DNA of 64,000 bases, taken from positions 22,568,001-22,632,000 of the forward strand of contig OZ024754.1 of the NCBI GenBank assembly GCA_964016885.1. The letters are read 5' to 3'. Each line of letters starts with the position of its first letter. Position 1 is the stretch's first letter. The position numbers and the translations under genes were made by a program. Origin of the DNA: Eledone cirrhosa (lineage: Eukaryota). Under the pieces are notes generated by a model. It was not told the DNA's origin. It did no database searches and worked only from the letters and a program-made list of their open reading frames with translations. Shown here one piece after another: positions 60,795 to 64,000 of the stretch.

Positions 60795-62079
60795 CCCTTT
60801 AGCATTCGGATTAATTTTCAAACGTCATGCTTATCTGTTCGCATTATTTTGAGTTAATCATCAAAAGGGCGGTGAATTGGCAGTATCGGTAGAGGGTCGG
60901 ACGCCATGCTTTCCAGCATAGTTACGTCCCTTTACGGTCTGAGTTCAAATCCCGCCGAGGTTAACTTTGCCTTTCATCCTTACCGGGTCGATAAAATAAA
61001 GTACCAGTAATGCACTGGATTAATTGCTGGCCTTGTGCCAAAAGTTGAAACAATTATTTTGAGTTAATCATACTCAAGAGGGTTATCAATTTTATTTGTT
61101 TGTAATTTTCTTAATTCTCTATGTGCAGACTTGAAATTTTGTCAGTAGATGTTTAAATATCAATAATTTACAGTTATATAATTTTACCTGATTTTTTTGG
61201 TCAAATTTGACTTTTATGGGCAGGTGAAATTAATAAATGGGGGCATTTGATCTATCAACCAGGTGCAAATACTGGTTTAATTTTAAATACGTTGTTTTCG
61301 GTATAATACTTGATATAAAAGGATCACTAAACCTTATATCAGTGCTCCAGTAATTCCACAGTCTTGGAAATTGTTTTATACCGAACATAATATTTACAGT
61401 AAAAAATGCTTGCATTTTCGCAACAACTGTCGGTTGGCAAACAGATCAGGTTTTCCTTGATTTGAAATCTGTTGTTTGGCATATCAATTAATCTCTTCTG
61501 CCACAACTTCGAAGAAAGTTTGTGGGAAAAATAAAAATAAATAATCCAGTGCTTTAGCATCGGGAGCTAATGTGTGTTGTGGACCAGTATTTTGAATAAA
61601 ATCGGGAACATATATCGGGGTGGTATTTTTCAACCACGTTGCTGTAATATTTTCAATGGCGTCCTGGAGATCTCCTTCGTTTTCACTTTCAAAACAATCA
61701 TCGTCGGACGAAATTTCAGAAATATAAACGTCAGATTAATTTGAAGATAAATCACTAATATTATTGTTTGTTTCTTGTTTATTCTGAATGTCATTGTGTG
61801 TAAAACCTTCAAAGTTGGTATCGCTACTTTCATAAGCCATGTTGATACAAAAAGAAAAATTTGTTGTACTTTCAAAGTTAAAATAACATGTGTTTTAAGT
61901 TGTTCCACTATATTAAGTGTTAATTTTCGCAGTAAGAGCCTAATCTCGCAGTAATCTCGAATTGACGAGATTTTGATGATGGTTTGTTTATTTTTAGAAC
62001 GATTTTTTAGTGCGGGCGATTTCGGGCAGTTTGAACAAATGAGGGGGAAATAATTTCGGCCAGTTTGAACACTAAAAGG
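60795..62079 (-). mobile_element. Internally deleted piggyBac-like transposon
   Basis: TTAA duplicated at 60791-60794 and 62080-62083. TIRs CCCTTTAGCATTC / CCTTTTAGTGTTC. Transposase remnant QAFF..NIMFGIKQFPRLWNYWSTD...P.ISSII.K..Y.KL.QYLH.VD (61230-61415). Confidence 0.9.
60862..61052 (+). mobile_element. SINE nested in the piggyBac, with a 19-bp target-site duplication
   Basis: TSD ATTATTTTGAGTTAATCAT at 60843-60861 and 61053-61071. B box GAGTTCAAATCC. Confidence 0.88.
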
Positions 62080-63867
62080 TTAAAGTTAACTTGTCTAAGA
62101 CTAAGGTTCTAGTATGCAGAAAGGAGAATAGGGCACAGGTACCCTCTGGGAAATGGCCATGCTCAGTGTCTAAGAAAGGAGTAAGCAGAAACTCCATTCT
62201 ATGTCCCAAATGCAAACTATGGGTACATGAAAGATGTAGTGGGATCAGTAAGCTACCTAAGAATGTAGATTTTATACATGCCCAATGCTCAGGTGCAATA
62301 AGTAGCAAGGGCCCACAGGATACTAGCTCCTTCTACTGCGCAGATGATTCTATAGAAATAGTGGAGACTTTCCATTACCTGGGTGACAAAATCAGCAGTG
62401 GTGGAGGGGGCTCTGAAAGAACAATAGCCAGAGTTAGAACGGGATGGAAAAAGTTCAGAGAGCTAATACCGCTGTTGGCCACAAAAGGTTTCTCTCTAAA
62501 AATGAAAGGAAGATTGTATGATGCTTGTATACAAACAGCTATGTTACATGGCAGTGAGACAAGGGCATTGTGTGCAGAGGACCTGCACAGATTGGAAAGG
62601 AACGAAGCATGCATGCTCCGCTGGATGTGTAATAGTAATATACACGAATGGCAAAACATAAACGAACTAAGTGAGCAATTAGGAATAAGAGGGATCAGAT
62701 GCTGTTTACTTGAGAGAAGATTACGTTGGTATGGTCACGTGATGCGCATGAAAGACGACAGCTGTATAAAAAAGTGCAGGGTGATCAAAATTGATGGACA
62801 TTACGGAGTAGGTAGACCCAGAAATATTTGGGACAACATGATAAAATCCGACGTTGCACCGACCTGAGACAATGTCACTCGATCAAGATCTTTGGCACCA
62901 TACAGTAATACAGAAGACCCACCTTCCCTATGTACAAAGTTAACCTACAGTCAGTAGGCACCTCTTAACCATATATACACCCCAACCCACTACCCCTACT
63001 CCATCCTCCCACTCCCACCAACACCATCCTTTCTCTGTAAAGTTATGTTGGTATCACAAGATCCAGTCCAAACTAAAGAGGTTGTGTAGGTGTCACAACA
63101 AAAAAATAAACCCAGTCCACGCTGCAAAGTGGTCGTGTAGGAGACACAGTAAAAAGGCTCCTAGTCCACACTGTAAATGTGGTTGGTGTTAGGTGAAAAA
63201 CTTGTTTTTTTTCAGCTTCTTAGGGCTTTTTGGAGGCATTACGTCTAGGCGATTTTCCCGAAATTTCAAGGCATATTATGCACATAAAACAAATTCATTT
63301 TCTTGATCCCCTAGGGCCCGCACTAGGTGAAAACCTGCATTTTCCTGCTTCATTGAAGAAAATCTTAAAGATTATCCAGCCATCAGAGTATTCGATTTAT
63401 TTTCTTTACATATTGTCCTGGTATGCAGTTTTTCTACGATTAGGTCTGTTGGCAGCCCGCGTTCCAAAATACCTTATCCCGTGCAACGCCGGGTACTATT
63501 GCTAGTATATTATAAAGCTGACAGCTGTATGTATGTAACAATCTTTTTGCCGAACGGCTGGACCAAACAGCACCAAAGATGTAACTTTTTCCAAGTAAGA
63601 AAGTGAGGGTATTTTTGTCTACTAAATTTAGTTAAAATATTATTATTGTTTATTTAAATATTCACTTCTGAAAATTTTAAATTTTCAGAGATCAACACTT
63701 CCGGTTATACGACATTCCTCTCTCTTTCTTAGTCTGTCTTTTTAGATAGATACATAGCTATAACGTCGCACCCTTATAATATCTGTCTGGCTGCCTGTCT
63801 GCATTGACTTCGCTTCTAACCAACTTTTAATTAATTATATATATATATAAGTATATATTCGTGTACA

Positions 63868-64000
63868 TATTTTCAACAGTAATACTATACTATATATTTT
63901 CAACAGTAATATTGTACTGAAACTATATATTTTCAACAGTAATACCGTACTATACTATATATTTTCAACAGTAATACCGTACTATACTATATATTTTCAA
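63868..64000. repeat. ~32-bp minisatellite running off the window
   Basis: ATATTTTCAACAGTAATACCGTACTATACTAT, 4 or more copies. Confidence 0.9.

Larger units (their letters stand above)
60733..63192 (+). mobile_element. RTE family A 3' half interrupted by a piggyBac insertion
   Basis: [16 protein letters not shown](60733-60794) joins VNLSKTKVLV (62083 onward). ORF 62091-62867, then a 3' UTR like 9000-9395. Confidence 0.9.

Noticed and set aside
63195-63505. Possible Helitron-like end (minus CTAGCAATAGTACCCGGCGTTGCACGGG) or SLC35B2 promoter/first exon
   Set aside because: Only a short motif resemblance, with no second end or splice-compatible exon supported.

Overview
Eukaryotic, AT-rich, repeat-dominated window. 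The SINE/RTE repertoire suggests a cephalopod such as Octopus, but that assignment is inference. The only host gene is SLC35B2/PAPST1 on the minus strand (two coding exons, 49004-49221 and 47161-48257). Bases ~1-39900, downstream of the gene, form a giant irregular (TA)n(CA) array. The Y/I/H/T/M/C-rich ORFs there are artefacts. The array is packed with retroelements whose ends abut TA repeats: two Penelope-like (PLE) clades, at least three RTE LINE families, a CR1-type fragment, a ~610-bp non-autonomous RTE derivative (3 copies), tRNA-SINEs, and small non-coding inserts carrying type I hammerhead ribozyme motifs. The right third holds decayed RTE/CR1 LINEs, two DD37D (maT) Tc1/mariner elements, MITEs, a piggyBac element nested at TTAA inside an RTE, a second Naiad-like PLE, SINEs and minisatellites. 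The best candidates for a new system are: (i) a (TA)n-homing retroelement community including ~210-bp hammerhead mini-elements and an RTE/non-autonomous partner pair sharing a 3' stem-loop; and (ii) the strongly one-strand T>C (A>G on the minus strand) interruption pattern of the arrays. Everything was read by eye; no searches or folding were run.
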